From Spirochaetia bacterium (GTDB lineage Bacteria; Spirochaetota; Spirochaetia; SP-2023), in assembly GCA_965263295.1 (NCBI GenBank), contig OZ253665.1:1824001-1888000 (forward strand): 64,000 bases of DNA, given 5' to 3'. Position numbers and translations under genes: made by a program. The stretch's first letter is position 1. Each line of letters starts with the position of its first letter. The notes beneath the pieces are model-generated. The model was given only the letters and a program-made list of their open reading frames with translations. It did not search any database and had not been told where the DNA came from. This document shows positions 18,483-29,241 of this stretch, piece by piece.

Positions 18483-20978
18483 ATGTCCCGGCGTTCAAAT
18501 CCGTCAGGTGACGTTATCTCAAATGGGGCAAAGTTTCTGTTATCGCTAGATTCACCGTATGTGTATATCCGCAAGCACCGTGCGCTCGGTTTTATCATTG
18601 TGGCTCTGCTGATGTTATTGACGGCCAGAAACACCCTTTCGTATCGTCCATCTGTCAATGTCGATAGCCTCAGCTATATTTCCGAGGAGACTCGGCAAGC
18701 CAAAGGGGCCTATCTGCAGGCCTTCGGCAGTCCTGATAGCAATTTATTTTACCTTGAAGGCATGGATTTCCTCAGTGCGCAGGGTATTAATTTCCTCTAC
18801 CATCTGCAGCAGGACGTCCGGGCGGCGATCCCCTACCTGCGAGAAGTCAATTCGCTAATCAACCTTTTCCCGCCCGGCACCCAGCTGCCTTTGCAGGCAG
18901 GAAGCCCAGAGGCTCAGCGCCATCAGGAGTGGATTCGTCGGCGGGCTTTGAGCAGCCCTGCGACATCCGGACACTTAGTCTCAGAAGATGGACAAAAAGC
19001 TCTGGTCGTTATGGACTTTGAGGCTTTACCCAGCGAACGTGAGCTGCGTGAGCAGGGCAAGGCAATTGAGTCTCCGTATATCAGCATAGGCCGGGCCATG
19101 GAGCAGATTTTGCGGCGGTATCAGCAGCCCCGCTGGAGCGAACAAGGTTTGCAAATCTGGGGCAGTGGCGCCGCCCATATTGTGTATCAGCAGTCCGCGT
19201 TTTACGTTAGTGACCTGAGTCAGATTTTTATTCTGTTGACTTTGATCATGCTGATTTTGATCTTTTTAATGCTGCGTTCCTGGCTGTCCTTTCTTGGAAC
19301 TCTTTTCAGTTCAGTGGTTGCCAACTGGCTGACCATTGGCTTTTTGTCCTGGATGGAAATGAGTGTTGACTTGACTTTCGTCATGATTCCGGTAACGATT
19401 GGTGTTGCCACGGCCATTGGTTATTCGGTGCATTTTTACAACCATTTTAAACATAGCCTGCAGCACACCAGTGTCGATACAGCCCTGTCGATTGCCTGGC
19501 TGCGTTGTGTTCGCCCGATTACCTTTACGGCGCTGACGACGATGTTTTCATTCCTCAGTTTGCATCTGGTGCCAATACCAGCGATACAAAACACAGGCTA
19601 CGCCTGCTTGCTGGAAGTCCTGATAATTTATGTTTTTACAATGACATTGTACCCTCTTCTGCTAAGTTTTACAAACTTTCGAGCAAAGTATCACAACGTT
19701 TTGCAGCATGGTAAATGGGCTTTTTCCGTGCAGTTGGACCGTCTGGCACAGTTTTCCTTTCGTCATCGTAAGACCATTATATTCAGCGCCGGCGGTCTTT
19801 TTTTGACAGCGCTTTTTTACACAATGAAGCTACAGGTGAACTATAAGTTTTCAGAATTCATGGGGCCAGAAAATCAAGTGGTTAAAGACTTGGAATACCT
19901 GAGGCAGAGTGATTTTGCCCCGGTGGGCACCATCAGTTTGGTCATCTATAATGAAGCCGGTTTATTTGGGCCCACGTCTGAAAAGAATCAGCTTGATATG
20001 CTACATTCTTTACAGCATATATTGGACCAGATACAAGATGAAAAAATTATTAAGCGAGTTTTCTGGCTGGGTGACCTGGTGCAAGATGCCGCTCAACTTC
20101 GGGGGCAAGCAGGTGGCATTACGTCTTTGAGCCGTGTGTCTCAGTTAAACGGGTTACTGCTATTATCCAAGCGTTTGAGCGGTTTTGACGCGGCGAACTG
20201 GATTGCGGCAGATCGCAAGAGCTTGCGTATTTTACTAGAAGTTAAGGCCTTTGAGAGTTTACCGCTTGTCAATCTGGCTGCAACATATCGCCAGCAGCTG
20301 CAGGAAGCCGCCAATACTGGCAACGCAGGAAGCGACAGCGCCCGTGTTTTTTTCACTGGCTTCATCATGGATACCAGCCGTGGAGACCTGTTGATGACCA
20401 GGAGCTTCATCAAGTCAATCATCGTTTCACTTTTGATTGTGTTCTTTTTATTGCTGATTATTTTTCGTCGACTTTACATCACACTGATTGCCATGATACC
20501 GAATGTGTTTCCCCTGATTATGATCGGAGGCATAATTTCATTTATGGGCATCAGCTTAAATTCTTTTAACTTCTTGATATTCCCAATGGTCATTGGCTTG
20601 ATCGTCGATGACACCATTCATTTTTTTTATACCATGGTCAGCCGTTTTGACTCCTCAAAGAACTATCGGGCATCTATTCATGCCACCCTGGCGCAGGTGG
20701 GCCCCGCGTTGGTGGAAACGACTATTATTTTGTGTAGTTCCTTTATCGTCTTTGTTTTTTCAAAGTTCCAAGGGCTGGCCCATATGGGCCTGTTCACTGT
20801 ATTAGTTATTTTGATGGCTTTGTTGGCGGACTTGATATTGGGACCAATCTGTCTTTCTTTGTTGAGCACTGAAAATCTAAAATACAAGCCCTTGCGCCGT
20901 TTTTTGTTTTGGGGACCTGTGGTTGAGAAGCAAAAGCTGTCCCGTATGAACGCTCCTCGACAGGGTAAACCGAACTAG
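18483..20978 (+). CDS. RND-superfamily MMPL-type transporter
   Basis: Two repeats of periplasmic domain plus TM bundle; GVATAIGYSVHF and GLIVDDTIHF motifs. Confidence 0.88.
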   Translation: MSRRSNPSGDVISNGAKFLLSLDSPYVYIRKHRALGFIIVALLMLLTARNTLSYRPSVNVDSLSYISEETRQAKGAYLQAFGSPDSNLFYLEGMDFLSAQGINFLYHLQQDVRAAIPYLREVNSLINLFPPGTQLPLQAGSPEAQRHQEWIRRRALSSPATSGHLVSEDGQKALVVMDFEALPSERELREQGKAIESPYISIGRAMEQILRRYQQPRWSEQGLQIWGSGAAHIVYQQSAFYVSDLSQIFILLTLIMLILIFLMLRSWLSFLGTLFSSVVANWLTIGFLSWMEMSVDLTFVMIPVTIGVATAIGYSVHFYNHFKHSLQHTSVDTALSIAWLRCVRPITFTALTTMFSFLSLHLVPIPAIQNTGYACLLEVLIIYVFTMTLYPLLLSFTNFRAKYHNVLQHGKWAFSVQLDRLAQFSFRHRKTIIFSAGGLFLTALFYTMKLQVNYKFSEFMGPENQVVKDLEYLRQSDFAPVGTISLVIYNEAGLFGPTSEKNQLDMLHSLQHILDQIQDEKIIKRVFWLGDLVQDAAQLRGQAGGITSLSRVSQLNGLLLLSKRLSGFDAANWIAADRKSLRILLEVKAFESLPLVNLAATYRQQLQEAANTGNAGSDSARVFFTGFIMDTSRGDLLMTRSFIKSIIVSLLIVFFLLLIIFRRLYITLIAMIPNVFPLIMIGGIISFMGISLNSFNFLIFPMVIGLIVDDTIHFFYTMVSRFDSSKNYRASIHATLAQVGPALVETTIILCSSFIVFVFSKFQGLAHMGLFTVLVILMALLADLILGPICLSLLSTENLKYKPLRRFLFWGPVVEKQKLSRMNAPRQGKPN

Positions 20979-21004
20979 CTCGCACTTTTTAGCTTGATTT
21001 ATGC

Positions 21005-22684
21005 CTAGTGCGTTCTCACTGCAGAATGCCGCTCGACACTCAGCAGCTGCAATAAGGCGTCTAATCCGATTGCCGCGTGGATGGCTTCAAGAAAGCCCAT
21101 CAGTCGCGGGCCATCGCTACGGCAAATGAGGAGCTGGTATACCTGTGGAAAAATTTCTACGCTCTCTAGGTCTGCTGTGCGCAGTAGGTCGTAGAAACCG
21201 TTGCTGAGTTGTTTGCGGTCCAGTCTGGGGGCACTGAATCTTGTTTGTAAATGTGTGCGCAGCAGCGGCAATAGGGCACGGAGCTCTTCGCTGGGGCTAA
21301 ATTCTTCTGCGAGGGGTTCTCCTGGTCTACGCAGACGAAAGCGGAAGTCTGCCGGCGCATATTTTTGTATCCAGTTCCAAGCGCATTGGGCCCAGGTTTC
21401 AAAACGTTGGCGGCTGCTTGCGGGCACTGGTGTCCCTTCTTGGCCGAGGAAGCTTTGGACAGCCGAAAAGTTGCCATCGTGGATCTGCAAAAGGTTGCAG
21501 AGGTGACGAAAAGGCATGGAAAAAGGTTGCTGCGCCGCAATTCCACTCGCTTCAATTTGCGAGAGCTCGTAAATTCGTTTCAGTTTGGCTTGCTTTTTAG
21601 CGGCTTTGCCATCCTTGGCTTCTTCGTAATAAGCTTGCTCGCAGCGCACAAAGTCATCGTAAATTTTCAAAACGTCCAGGTCAAAAGAAATTGCAAACTC
21701 AGAGTTGGGACGAATTCGCACAAACAGAAAGCGTAGAATTTCTGGCGGGTAAACTTCTAATACATCGGCCAGGCTGAGCACTTCTCCCGAAGACGAGGAA
21801 ATCTTTCCGCCCAAGCCTTTTATGCGTACAAAGTCATATTGGAAGGTAATCGGTGCCGCCCAGCCATAAACGGCCTGGCAGGTTTCCTTTGCCGTGGTAA
21901 AGCTGCCACCTTCAGAGTGGTGATCCTTGCCGGCAGGTTCAAAATCTACTTTTTCGTACGCCCAGCGCATCGGCCAGTCGATTCTCCAGGGCAGCTTGAC
22001 CAGGCCTGTCTGACGGAGGTCAAGTTCTTCGCTGTGGCCGCAATGATCGCAATGGTAGCGAACTAGCCATTCCCCATTCCAGCTTGTGCAATGGGTATCA
22101 TCGCGGTGACAGTTGCCGCAAAAGAAACTGATCGGCCACCAGTTTTCGGGTAGGGGTTCTTTGCGCTGTTCGTCAAGCTGCTGGCGAATGGTTTGCCGGT
22201 GTTGCAGCGCCCGGCGAATGCCTGCGGCATATTCTGAGGCTTGGTACTTCTTGGCCTGATAAATATATTCAGGTCGGATGCCGACTTTGGGCAGTACGCT
22301 TTCCAATTCTTTTTCGTTGGCGGCGGCATAGGATTCTGCCTGGCCAAATACATCTGGTACACGGGTAATTGATTGGCGCAGATACCGGCTCAGAAGCTCT
22401 TTTTGCGGCATGTTAGCTGGAACTTTGCGGAAAACGTCATAGTCATCCCACGAATAAATAAAACGTACTGCTGCGCCTAAGTCTTGCAGGGCTCTGACTA
22501 CGAGTTGCACCGAAATAATTTCGCGAAAATTACCGATGTGCACTGTGCCAGAAGGGGTGATGCCTGAAGCGCAGACGAATGGTTGACCGCAAACTCTGCC
22601 CGCAGTGCGCTCGCGCACGATTCTGTTGGCGCATATGTCGGCCCAGTGGTCACTTAGGGGCTGATTGGGAGAGGTCTCAGACAT
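21005..22684 (-). CDS. lysS: Lysine--tRNA ligase, class I
   Basis: SGITPSGTVHIGNFRE, KLPWRIDWPMRW, GKDHH, KISSS. Confidence 0.97.
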   Translation of the reverse strand: MSETSPNQPLSDHWADICANRIVRERTAGRVCGQPFVCASGITPSGTVHIGNFREIISVQLVVRALQDLGAAVRFIYSWDDYDVFRKVPANMPQKELLSRYLRQSITRVPDVFGQAESYAAANEKELESVLPKVGIRPEYIYQAKKYQASEYAAGIRRALQHRQTIRQQLDEQRKEPLPENWWPISFFCGNCHRDDTHCTSWNGEWLVRYHCDHCGHSEELDLRQTGLVKLPWRIDWPMRWAYEKVDFEPAGKDHHSEGGSFTTAKETCQAVYGWAAPITFQYDFVRIKGLGGKISSSSGEVLSLADVLEVYPPEILRFLFVRIRPNSEFAISFDLDVLKIYDDFVRCEQAYYEEAKDGKAAKKQAKLKRIYELSQIEASGIAAQQPFSMPFRHLCNLLQIHDGNFSAVQSFLGQEGTPVPASSRQRFETWAQCAWNWIQKYAPADFRFRLRRPGEPLAEEFSPSEELRALLPLLRTHLQTRFSAPRLDRKQLSNGFYDLLRTADLESVEIFPQVYQLLICRSDGPRLMGFLEAIHAAIGLDALLQLLSVERHSAVRTH

Positions 22685-22808
22685 TATTGCTTATTGCGGG
22701 CCTGATAAACAAGTACTAAAATGTGCAGGCCGGATTTTTATGGAAAAAAAGTATACACACAAGTCAAGTGTCAAGCAAGTGCCGAGACAAATATGCCGCA
22801 CAAGTGGT

Positions 22809-22982
22809 TTAACCTGTTGCGATGCATTCTTGAGGGCAGACACTGACACAAGCGCCACAATCAATACAGGCATCAGCATCAATGGCATGGGCATCAGAGC
22901 CTTCGGCTATTGCGTCAGTTGGGCATTCCGCAGTGCACAGACCGCAGTTAATGCAAGAATCTGCCTCAATTTTATAAGCCAT
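22809..22982 (-). CDS. 2[4Fe-4S] ferredoxin
   Basis: MAYKI..CINCGLCTAECP..CIDCGACVSVCP; AAGGAG SD. Confidence 0.95.
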   Translation of the reverse strand: MAYKIEADSCINCGLCTAECPTDAIAEGSDAHAIDADACIDCGACVSVCPQECIATG

Positions 22983-23190
22983 AGGAAATCTCCTTTTCAC
23001 TTTTAATTGCTTGCCATTATATAATCTTTATATTTTTTTGCAACAAAATAGTTATACTTTGCCATTTGAATTTTTATTTAGATTATCTTATGATATATAC
23101 ATATATTATATAAATATATAAAAGGATATTGATTTTCATTAAATTCTTGAGATGTATTTTTTGCAGACTGATTAGAGCAGAGATAGTGAT

Positions 23191-24291
23191 ATGTTATTTT
23201 GTGGTATTGATGAAGCCGGCTTAGGACCTCTGCTGGGTCCTCTGTCGCTAAGTCGCTGCAGTTGCAGCTTGGCTCCCCAAATATTGCAGACACAGCTAGA
23301 ATCTTTGGGAATTTGGCCTAGTCTGCAGTCCGGCAAAAGTGAAAACAGACTCGATGAACAAAAGACACCGGAATTCTGGCAAGGCTGGGCCGGGAAGCTT
23401 GCATCTGTAGCGGACAGCAAAAAAATTTATAAAGGTTCGGGAGACTTTGCCCGCCTGGAAACCTTGGCTTTGAGCCTGTATTTAGCTGCAAGGTCAGAGC
23501 AAGATGGGACTTTCAGTTGGCGGAGAAATGAGCTGTTTTCTGAAGACGAGCAGCGACAATTGGCTGAGTTAGCCTGGTACCGGGAGCAATACCGTCTACC
23601 TTTAGCGGCCGATCGGCTCCGTATAGATCGACAGGCGAAAACTTTGGCTTCGGTTTTGCGTCAACAGGGTGGGCGTTTGCATTTGAGCGGAAGGCTAATA
23701 ACGGAACGACAATTTAATCGCAGTATCGAGCGTCTAAACAACAAAAGCCTATTGCTGCGTGAGCAAGTAGGGAGCTTGATCAAGGAATTCATTGCCGGCT
23801 GGTTGCCGACATCAGAGCTAAAGGCTTACTGCACCGTAGATCGCCTGGGCGGCCTGCGCTACTATCGGCCCTGGTTGACCGAGCTGCTGGGAGTGAGGGC
23901 CGAGACCGAATTATTTAGCCGCATGCCATTAGAGCTTGCGGAGCCACGCGCAGCTACAGCGCTAGGCGAATGGTCTTGGCTGGGACAAAGAGAGTGTCCT
24001 GATGCCAGCGAGTACCTCCTGCGCGGGCGGGAGAACCGAAACTTGGCTCTCGGTTTTTGGGTTCAGGGCGATAGACGGAATATTTTGTGCGCCATTGCCT
24101 CAATTTGGGCTAAGTATCGCCGTGAATTACTAATGCAGCAGTTCAATCAATATTGGCAGCATCGTTTTGCGGGAATCCCGAAGACCAGTGGATACCATCA
24201 TGATGCCAATTCTTTTCTGGCTTTTTTGGCGAGACAGGCGAGACAAGGGGGCTTGCCTGAGGGGGCAGATCAACTCAAGCGTATACGCTAA
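23191..24291 (+). CDS. Ribonuclease HII-like protein
   Basis: GIDEAGLGP, VADSKK, VDRLGG, AIASIWAK, SGY motifs, with large insertions. Confidence 0.8.
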   Translation: MLFCGIDEAGLGPLLGPLSLSRCSCSLAPQILQTQLESLGIWPSLQSGKSENRLDEQKTPEFWQGWAGKLASVADSKKIYKGSGDFARLETLALSLYLAARSEQDGTFSWRRNELFSEDEQRQLAELAWYREQYRLPLAADRLRIDRQAKTLASVLRQQGGRLHLSGRLITERQFNRSIERLNNKSLLLREQVGSLIKEFIAGWLPTSELKAYCTVDRLGGLRYYRPWLTELLGVRAETELFSRMPLELAEPRAATALGEWSWLGQRECPDASEYLLRGRENRNLALGFWVQGDRRNILCAIASIWAKYRRELLMQQFNQYWQHRFAGIPKTSGYHHDANSFLAFLARQARQGGLPEGADQLKRIR

Positions 24292-24342
24292 ACCCCAAGG
24301 GAGGGCTAGCTTTATTTTTCTTGTTTGCAGTCCAACGATTGA

Positions 24343-24834
24343 TTACATGAAAAATTGATCGCAACGGGAATTATTGATACGGCAGATATCTTGTTCCTCA
24401 AACCATAGAGCAAGTTCGCGACGGGCCGATACCGGGCTGTCTGAAGCGTGAATAACATTGGCCAGAGTTTTAGCCGGCGATTTGTCTGAGCGCGCATAAC
24501 TCATATGGCAGAAGTCGCCACGGATGGTGCCCGGTGCCGCAGCTGCAGGTTCAGTGTCGCCAACCAGCTTGCGAATGTTGGCGATGGCATCGGCCCCTTC
24601 AATAGCTAGGATGACAATAGTTTTGTCTTCCATGAATTCAACTAAAGTCGGGAAAAAGTTTTTGTCTTTGTGCTCTACATAGTGTTGTTCCAAAATTGCT
24701 CTACTGGCTGTCAGCATTTTCATGCCGACAATACACAGACCGCAGCGCTCAAAGCGGCTAAGGATTTGGCCCGTTAAGCCACGTTGCACAGCATCAGGTT
24801 TTAGTAGTACAAAACTGGTTTCTAAACTTGCCAT
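24343..24834 (-). CDS. ndk: Nucleoside-diphosphate kinase
   Basis: KPDAVQRG, PGTIRGD, NVIHASDS. Confidence 0.96.
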   Translation of the reverse strand: MASLETSFVLLKPDAVQRGLTGQILSRFERCGLCIVGMKMLTASRAILEQHYVEHKDKNFFPTLVEFMEDKTIVILAIEGADAIANIRKLVGDTEPAAAAPGTIRGDFCHMSYARSDKSPAKTLANVIHASDSPVSARRELALWFEEQDICRINNSRCDQFFM

Positions 24835-24910
24835 AGTGTACTCCTATGCTCTCGTAAAAGTTTAAGAAAGCCAGTTCTGCCGGGAGCTGGCCTGATGCAA
24901 GAACTTATGT

Positions 24911-25072
24911 TTACTCTTCTGGTACAAAGTCTTCCGACGGTGCGCCGCACATAGGGCAGGCCCAATCGTTAGGCAGGTCTGCAAAAGCAGTGCCAGCAGT
25001 AACGCCGTTGTCCGGGTCACCTTCGTCTGGATCGTAAACATAACCGCACACTTCACATACATATTTCTGCAT
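24911..25072 (-). CDS. Rubredoxin (53 aa; missed by the ORF track)
   Basis: Hand translation [61 protein letters not shown]. Confidence 0.96.
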   Translation of the reverse strand: MQKYVCEVCGYVYDPDEGDPDNGVTAGTAFADLPNDWACPMCGAPSEDFVPEE

Positions 25073-25313
25073 TGCCGTTCTCCTTTAAGCGATGTAATAC
25101 ATAAGCTATTTATAACTAAAAACGTCCATATTGGCAAGTGGTATCTATCTATTAATCCATGTATAATTGTGATTGAATATGATAATCTTTATTGTTAGAA
25201 CCGGCAGAAACCTATTGGCAGCACAGGATCAAACGATTATTCAATTATTAATTTATTAATAATAAAGGAAATGTTCAATATCCAGCCATATTCAAAATCT
25301 CATGGATAGTTAG

Positions 25314-25342
25314 TTGACAATTATTGCGCGAGCCCATATACT
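25314..25342 (+). promoter_or_regulatory. Sigma70 promoter of tRNA-Gly
   Basis: TTGACA-17 nt-TATACT. Confidence 0.75.
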
Positions 25343-25356
25343 AAGCCTCGTAACTT

Positions 25357-25428
25357 GCGACTGTGGTATAGAGGCTATTACCCCAGCCTTCCAAGCTGGA
25401 GATGCGGGTTCGATTCCCGCCAGTCGCT
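25357..25428 (+). tRNA. tRNA-Gly (TCC)
   Basis: Acceptor GCGACTG/CAGTCGC; anticodon arm CCAGC-CTTCCAA-GCTGG; T arm GGTTCGATTCC; CCA not encoded. Confidence 0.95.
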
Positions 25429-25820
25429 TCAAAAAGTTCCATTTGCGATTTACCTTTTTAGTCTTGCCAGTCGGTGGGCTCCCCCTTTGCAAAATTTATG
25501 CAGAATTTTCGGTGAAGCTGATTTTAGCTTCTTTATAATTTTTGCAATGCACGGTGCATAGCGGATATTGGTATAACTATCTGTAGCTTGAGGAATTGTT
25601 GCGCTATCTTCGTGTGGGGTTTTTGTAGCAATGGGCTCCGCATGTAGTTGAAAAGGTCATTGCAGCCGAGTTTCGCTTTTCCTCGGTCTTTTGTTGGTGC
25701 TGAAATCCCAATAGCTTGAAATCCTTGGCATGCTTCATGACTAATGAAAGCCAATAGAGAATGACGCCAAATAACGGTAACGTTTGGGATATCTGGAAAT
25801 GCACAGAATAGCTAGGAAAA

Positions 25821-25892
25821 CATCTCCAGGGGGAATTGAACCCCCGTTGCCAGAATGAAAATCTGGAGTCCTAACCACTAGACGATGGAGAC
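25821..25892 (-). tRNA. tRNA-Glu (TTC)
   Basis: GTCTCCA.. acceptor; CCAGA-TTTTCAT-TCTGG anticodon arm; GGTTCAATTCC. Confidence 0.95.
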
Positions 25893-25915
25893 ATATTATT
25901 TGTAATTCAAGTAGC

Positions 25916-25988
25916 TGAGCCGGACAGGATTCGAACCTGTGACCCACGCATTAAAAGTGCGTTGCTCTACCAGCTGAGCTACCGGCCC
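25916..25988 (-). tRNA. tRNA-Lys (TTT)
   Basis: GGGCCGG acceptor; ACGCA-CTTTTAA-TGCGT anticodon arm; GGTTCGAATCC. Confidence 0.96.
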
Positions 25989-26006
25989 TTGCCAAAAAGT
26001 ATCGGT

Positions 26007-26035
26007 AATGTAACGAATGATGGTAAAGCTGTCAA
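26007..26035 (-). promoter_or_regulatory. Sigma70 promoter of the tRNA-Lys/Glu pair
   Basis: TTGACA-17 nt-TACATT on the minus strand. Confidence 0.65.
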
Positions 26036-26232
26036 TCGCAAGTAAACAATTATGGAAAAAATGAAGAAAGAGGGTTTTCTTCTGTATACATTGACCTTGG
26101 GGCACCATTGAGGATGCCGGCTCCGCTGTGGGCCCGGCCGCTAAAGAAAAGAGTTAAATAACTTCAGGGTTTAAACTAGCCATTTTAATGCAAGTTTACA
26201 TAATGTGCTACAGAATTAAGAAGGAGAAAAAT

Positions 26233-28350
26233 ATGCAAACCTTAAGTCTGTGCATTGGCGCAGAAGAACTAATTATCGAGACAGGCAAAATGGCCCGTCA
26301 GGCCAATGGCTCTGTTTTGGCCCGTTACGGCGGATCGGCCGTGTTGGCCACCGTTTGTTGTAGCAGTGAGACTCGTGAAAATTTGGACTTTGTCCCCCTT
26401 TCTGTAGAATATAATGAACGTTATTACGCGGCGGGAAAAATCCCTGGCGGCTTCCTTAAGCGTGAGGCACGCCCTAAGGACAAAGAAATCCTGGTCTCTC
26501 GACTGATTGATCGACCGATGCGACCTCTTTTTGACAAGTCTTTTGGCAGAGAAATCCAGATTGTGCCGACGACAATCTCCACTGATATGGTCAACCCTCC
26601 CGACATTTTGGGTATGAATGCTGCTTTTGCAGCGGTGATGGTCTCTGATATTCCGTTTAATGGTCCGGTAGCTTCAGTGCGTGTGGTATGTCTATCTGAG
26701 AGCCAGGGGGGGGAGTACATCATAAACCCCAATTTTGAGCAAATCGAAAACAGTCAGCTGGAAATCGTTGTGGCTGGCAGCCACGATGGCATCTGCATGG
26801 TGGAAGGCAGTGCCAGAGAAGTTTCGGAAGAAGTAATGCTGCAGGCCATTCAGTTGGCGGAACGTGAAATTAAACGCATTTGTGACTTTATGCTCAAGTT
26901 GCAACAGCAGTGTGGCAAGGTTAAATTGCACTTGCCAGAGGGGCACAATCGAGATTTCCCTCTGCTGGCGAATATCCGTGAGCTCGCAACGCCCAAGCTG
27001 GAAAAAGCCTGTTTTGAGCCGACCAAGGAACGGCGTAATGCCGCCATCGGAGCCGTCAAGGCTGAAGTTTTACGAACTTTGGCTGCCGATTTGGAAACCC
27101 TAGCGGTCGAATACCCTGCCGTGTATGAACAAGCGGGCCGGGTCTTGCATGATATTGAGAACAATGTTGTGCGCAATTCTATATTGAACAAAGAGCTGCG
27201 TTGTGATGGCCGCAGACCTAATGAAATTCGTCCGATTGCAACTGAAGTTGGCATATTGCCTCTGACCCATGGGTCTTCGCTGTTTACGCGGGGTGAGACG
27301 CAGTCCTTGGGCTTGGTAACGCTGGGCAGTATTGCCGATGAGCAGGTCATAGATGACATTGATGGCGACCGCCGTGCTCGATTTATGCTGCACTACAATT
27401 TTCCACCATATTCCGTCGGTGAGGTCGGTCGTTTGACAACTGGGCGTCGCGAGATTGGGCACGGTCACCTGGCACAGCGTTCGCTGGAAAACGTATTGCC
27501 GGATAAAGAAAGTTTTCCTTACACCATGCGCGTCGTTTCGGAAATTCTAGAGTCTAATGGCTCTTCTTCTATGGCTACGGTCTGTAGTGGTTCTATGGCC
27601 CTGATGGATGCTGGCGTGCCGCTCAAGTCGCCTGTCGCCGGTATTGCGATGGGGCTCGTCACGGCGGTGGAAGGTGAGGCATTGCGTTACGCGGTACTTT
27701 CAGACATCTTGGGCGAAGAAGATCACTTAGGTGATATGGACTTCAAAGTCGCGGGTACGAAGGACGGCATAACGGGCTTCCAGATGGATATCAAAATCTC
27801 TGGTATTAGTCTGGAAATCATGACCAAGGCCTTACACCAGGCAAAGGAAGGCCGTATACACATTCTGGAACTGATGAGTCAAACTATTACCGAGGCCAGA
27901 AGGCAAACTGCCAATACGGCCCCGGCCGTCCTGACTCTCAAAGTTGATGTCGACAAAATCGGCGCCATCATTGGCCCAAGCGGTAAGTTTATTCGTGCCA
28001 TTTCCGAAGAAACGGGGGCGAAAGTGGATATAGCTAATGATGGTTGGGTTACGATTTTCTGTTCCCATCAAAGTGGGGCCAAAGCTGCAGAGGCCCGCAT
28101 CAAAGGGATGATCAGCGAACCCGAACCCGGAATTGTCTACAATGGTAGGGTCAAGCGCATTATGGATTTTGGTGCTTTCATCGAATTTTTACCGGGCAAG
28201 GAAGGGCTTTGCCATATTTCAAAAATCTCCAAAGTGCGTATCAATTCGGTAGCAGAGCATCTTAGCGAAGGGCAGGAAGTCCGTGTCAAACTGCTTGAAA
28301 TAGACCGCATGAACCGCTATAACCTCAGTATGGTAGATGCCAATAGCTGA
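26233..28350 (+). CDS. pnp: Polyribonucleotide nucleotidyltransferase
   Basis: KIPGGFLKRE, FTRGETQ, ESNGSSSMA, DMDFKVAGT, KH and S1 domains; AAGGAG SD. Confidence 0.98.
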   Translation: MQTLSLCIGAEELIIETGKMARQANGSVLARYGGSAVLATVCCSSETRENLDFVPLSVEYNERYYAAGKIPGGFLKREARPKDKEILVSRLIDRPMRPLFDKSFGREIQIVPTTISTDMVNPPDILGMNAAFAAVMVSDIPFNGPVASVRVVCLSESQGGEYIINPNFEQIENSQLEIVVAGSHDGICMVEGSAREVSEEVMLQAIQLAEREIKRICDFMLKLQQQCGKVKLHLPEGHNRDFPLLANIRELATPKLEKACFEPTKERRNAAIGAVKAEVLRTLAADLETLAVEYPAVYEQAGRVLHDIENNVVRNSILNKELRCDGRRPNEIRPIATEVGILPLTHGSSLFTRGETQSLGLVTLGSIADEQVIDDIDGDRRARFMLHYNFPPYSVGEVGRLTTGRREIGHGHLAQRSLENVLPDKESFPYTMRVVSEILESNGSSSMATVCSGSMALMDAGVPLKSPVAGIAMGLVTAVEGEALRYAVLSDILGEEDHLGDMDFKVAGTKDGITGFQMDIKISGISLEIMTKALHQAKEGRIHILELMSQTITEARRQTANTAPAVLTLKVDVDKIGAIIGPSGKFIRAISEETGAKVDIANDGWVTIFCSHQSGAKAAEARIKGMISEPEPGIVYNGRVKRIMDFGAFIEFLPGKEGLCHISKISKVRINSVAEHLSEGQEVRVKLLEIDRMNRYNLSMVDANS

Positions 28351-28458
28351 GAATCTATACCTGCTTGCAGTTAACAATGTTTTTATCGTTACCATGAGCC
28401 CTATCGGCTGTGGGTTAATTCTCCATATTAATTTTAAGAAAGGAAATACAAGCTGTTA

Positions 28459-29220
28459 ATGATACGCCTTAAATCCGAAGAAGACATGGTTAAACTTCGC
28501 CTTTCAGGAAAAATACTTGCGGCTACCTTTCGTCACTTGGAGCCGCACCTCAAGTCTGGTATCAGTACTTGGGATATTGACCACATGGCCGACGAGTTTA
28601 TTCGCAGGCAGGGGGCCACCCCTTCATTCTATAAGTACCGAGGCTTTCCGGGACATATCTGCACTTCCGTAAATGAAGTCGTGATTCATGGTATCCCGAG
28701 CAAACAGCAAGTTTTGCGGCAAGGGGATATTGTAAGTCTAGATATTGGCGTAGACCTGGACGGTTATTTTACAGATTCAGCTAGAACCTACAGCATTGGC
28801 GAAGTTGCTGAAGCTGACCGCAAGTTGATAGAAGTGACCGAGCAGAGTTTGCTCCATGCTATTAATGGATTAACTCCTCCTAGCGGCAAGGGCCGGCTTA
28901 AGGATATAGGTAAGGCTGTCAGTCAGTTTGTCCAGCCTCACGGCTACGGAATCGTCGATAACTTTTGCGGGCACGGCGTCGGTTTTGCCGTGCACGAAGA
29001 TCCTTCGGTATTTAATTGTCACCCCTCGCCGGGGTTGAATCCCCGCCTCAAAGCGGGGATGGTGCTCGCGATTGAGCCTATGATTTGTCTGGGGACTCAT
29101 GAGGTGGAAGTCTGGGATGATGGTTTTACGGTGGTCACAGAAGACGGCAAAAATGCTGCGCACTTTGAACATACGGTCGCCGTGCACGAAGATTATATTG
29201 AGATACTGACTCAGGAATAA
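28459..29220 (+). CDS. map: Type I methionine aminopeptidase
   Basis: SVNEVVIHGIP, D..D, GHGVG..HEDP, AIEPM, AHFEHT. Confidence 0.97.
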   Translation: MIRLKSEEDMVKLRLSGKILAATFRHLEPHLKSGISTWDIDHMADEFIRRQGATPSFYKYRGFPGHICTSVNEVVIHGIPSKQQVLRQGDIVSLDIGVDLDGYFTDSARTYSIGEVAEADRKLIEVTEQSLLHAINGLTPPSGKGRLKDIGKAVSQFVQPHGYGIVDNFCGHGVGFAVHEDPSVFNCHPSPGLNPRLKAGMVLAIEPMICLGTHEVEVWDDGFTVVTEDGKNAAHFEHTVAVHEDYIEILTQE

Positions 29221-29241
29221 TGTCGATGCAGGATTTAAACC

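Noticed and set aside
24862..25137. 91-aa minus-strand ORF from the track
   Set aside because: Alternative frame over the real rubredoxin gene.
25310..26108. Short ORFs overlapping the tRNA region
   Set aside because: They overlap tRNA genes and promoters and show no protein-like features.
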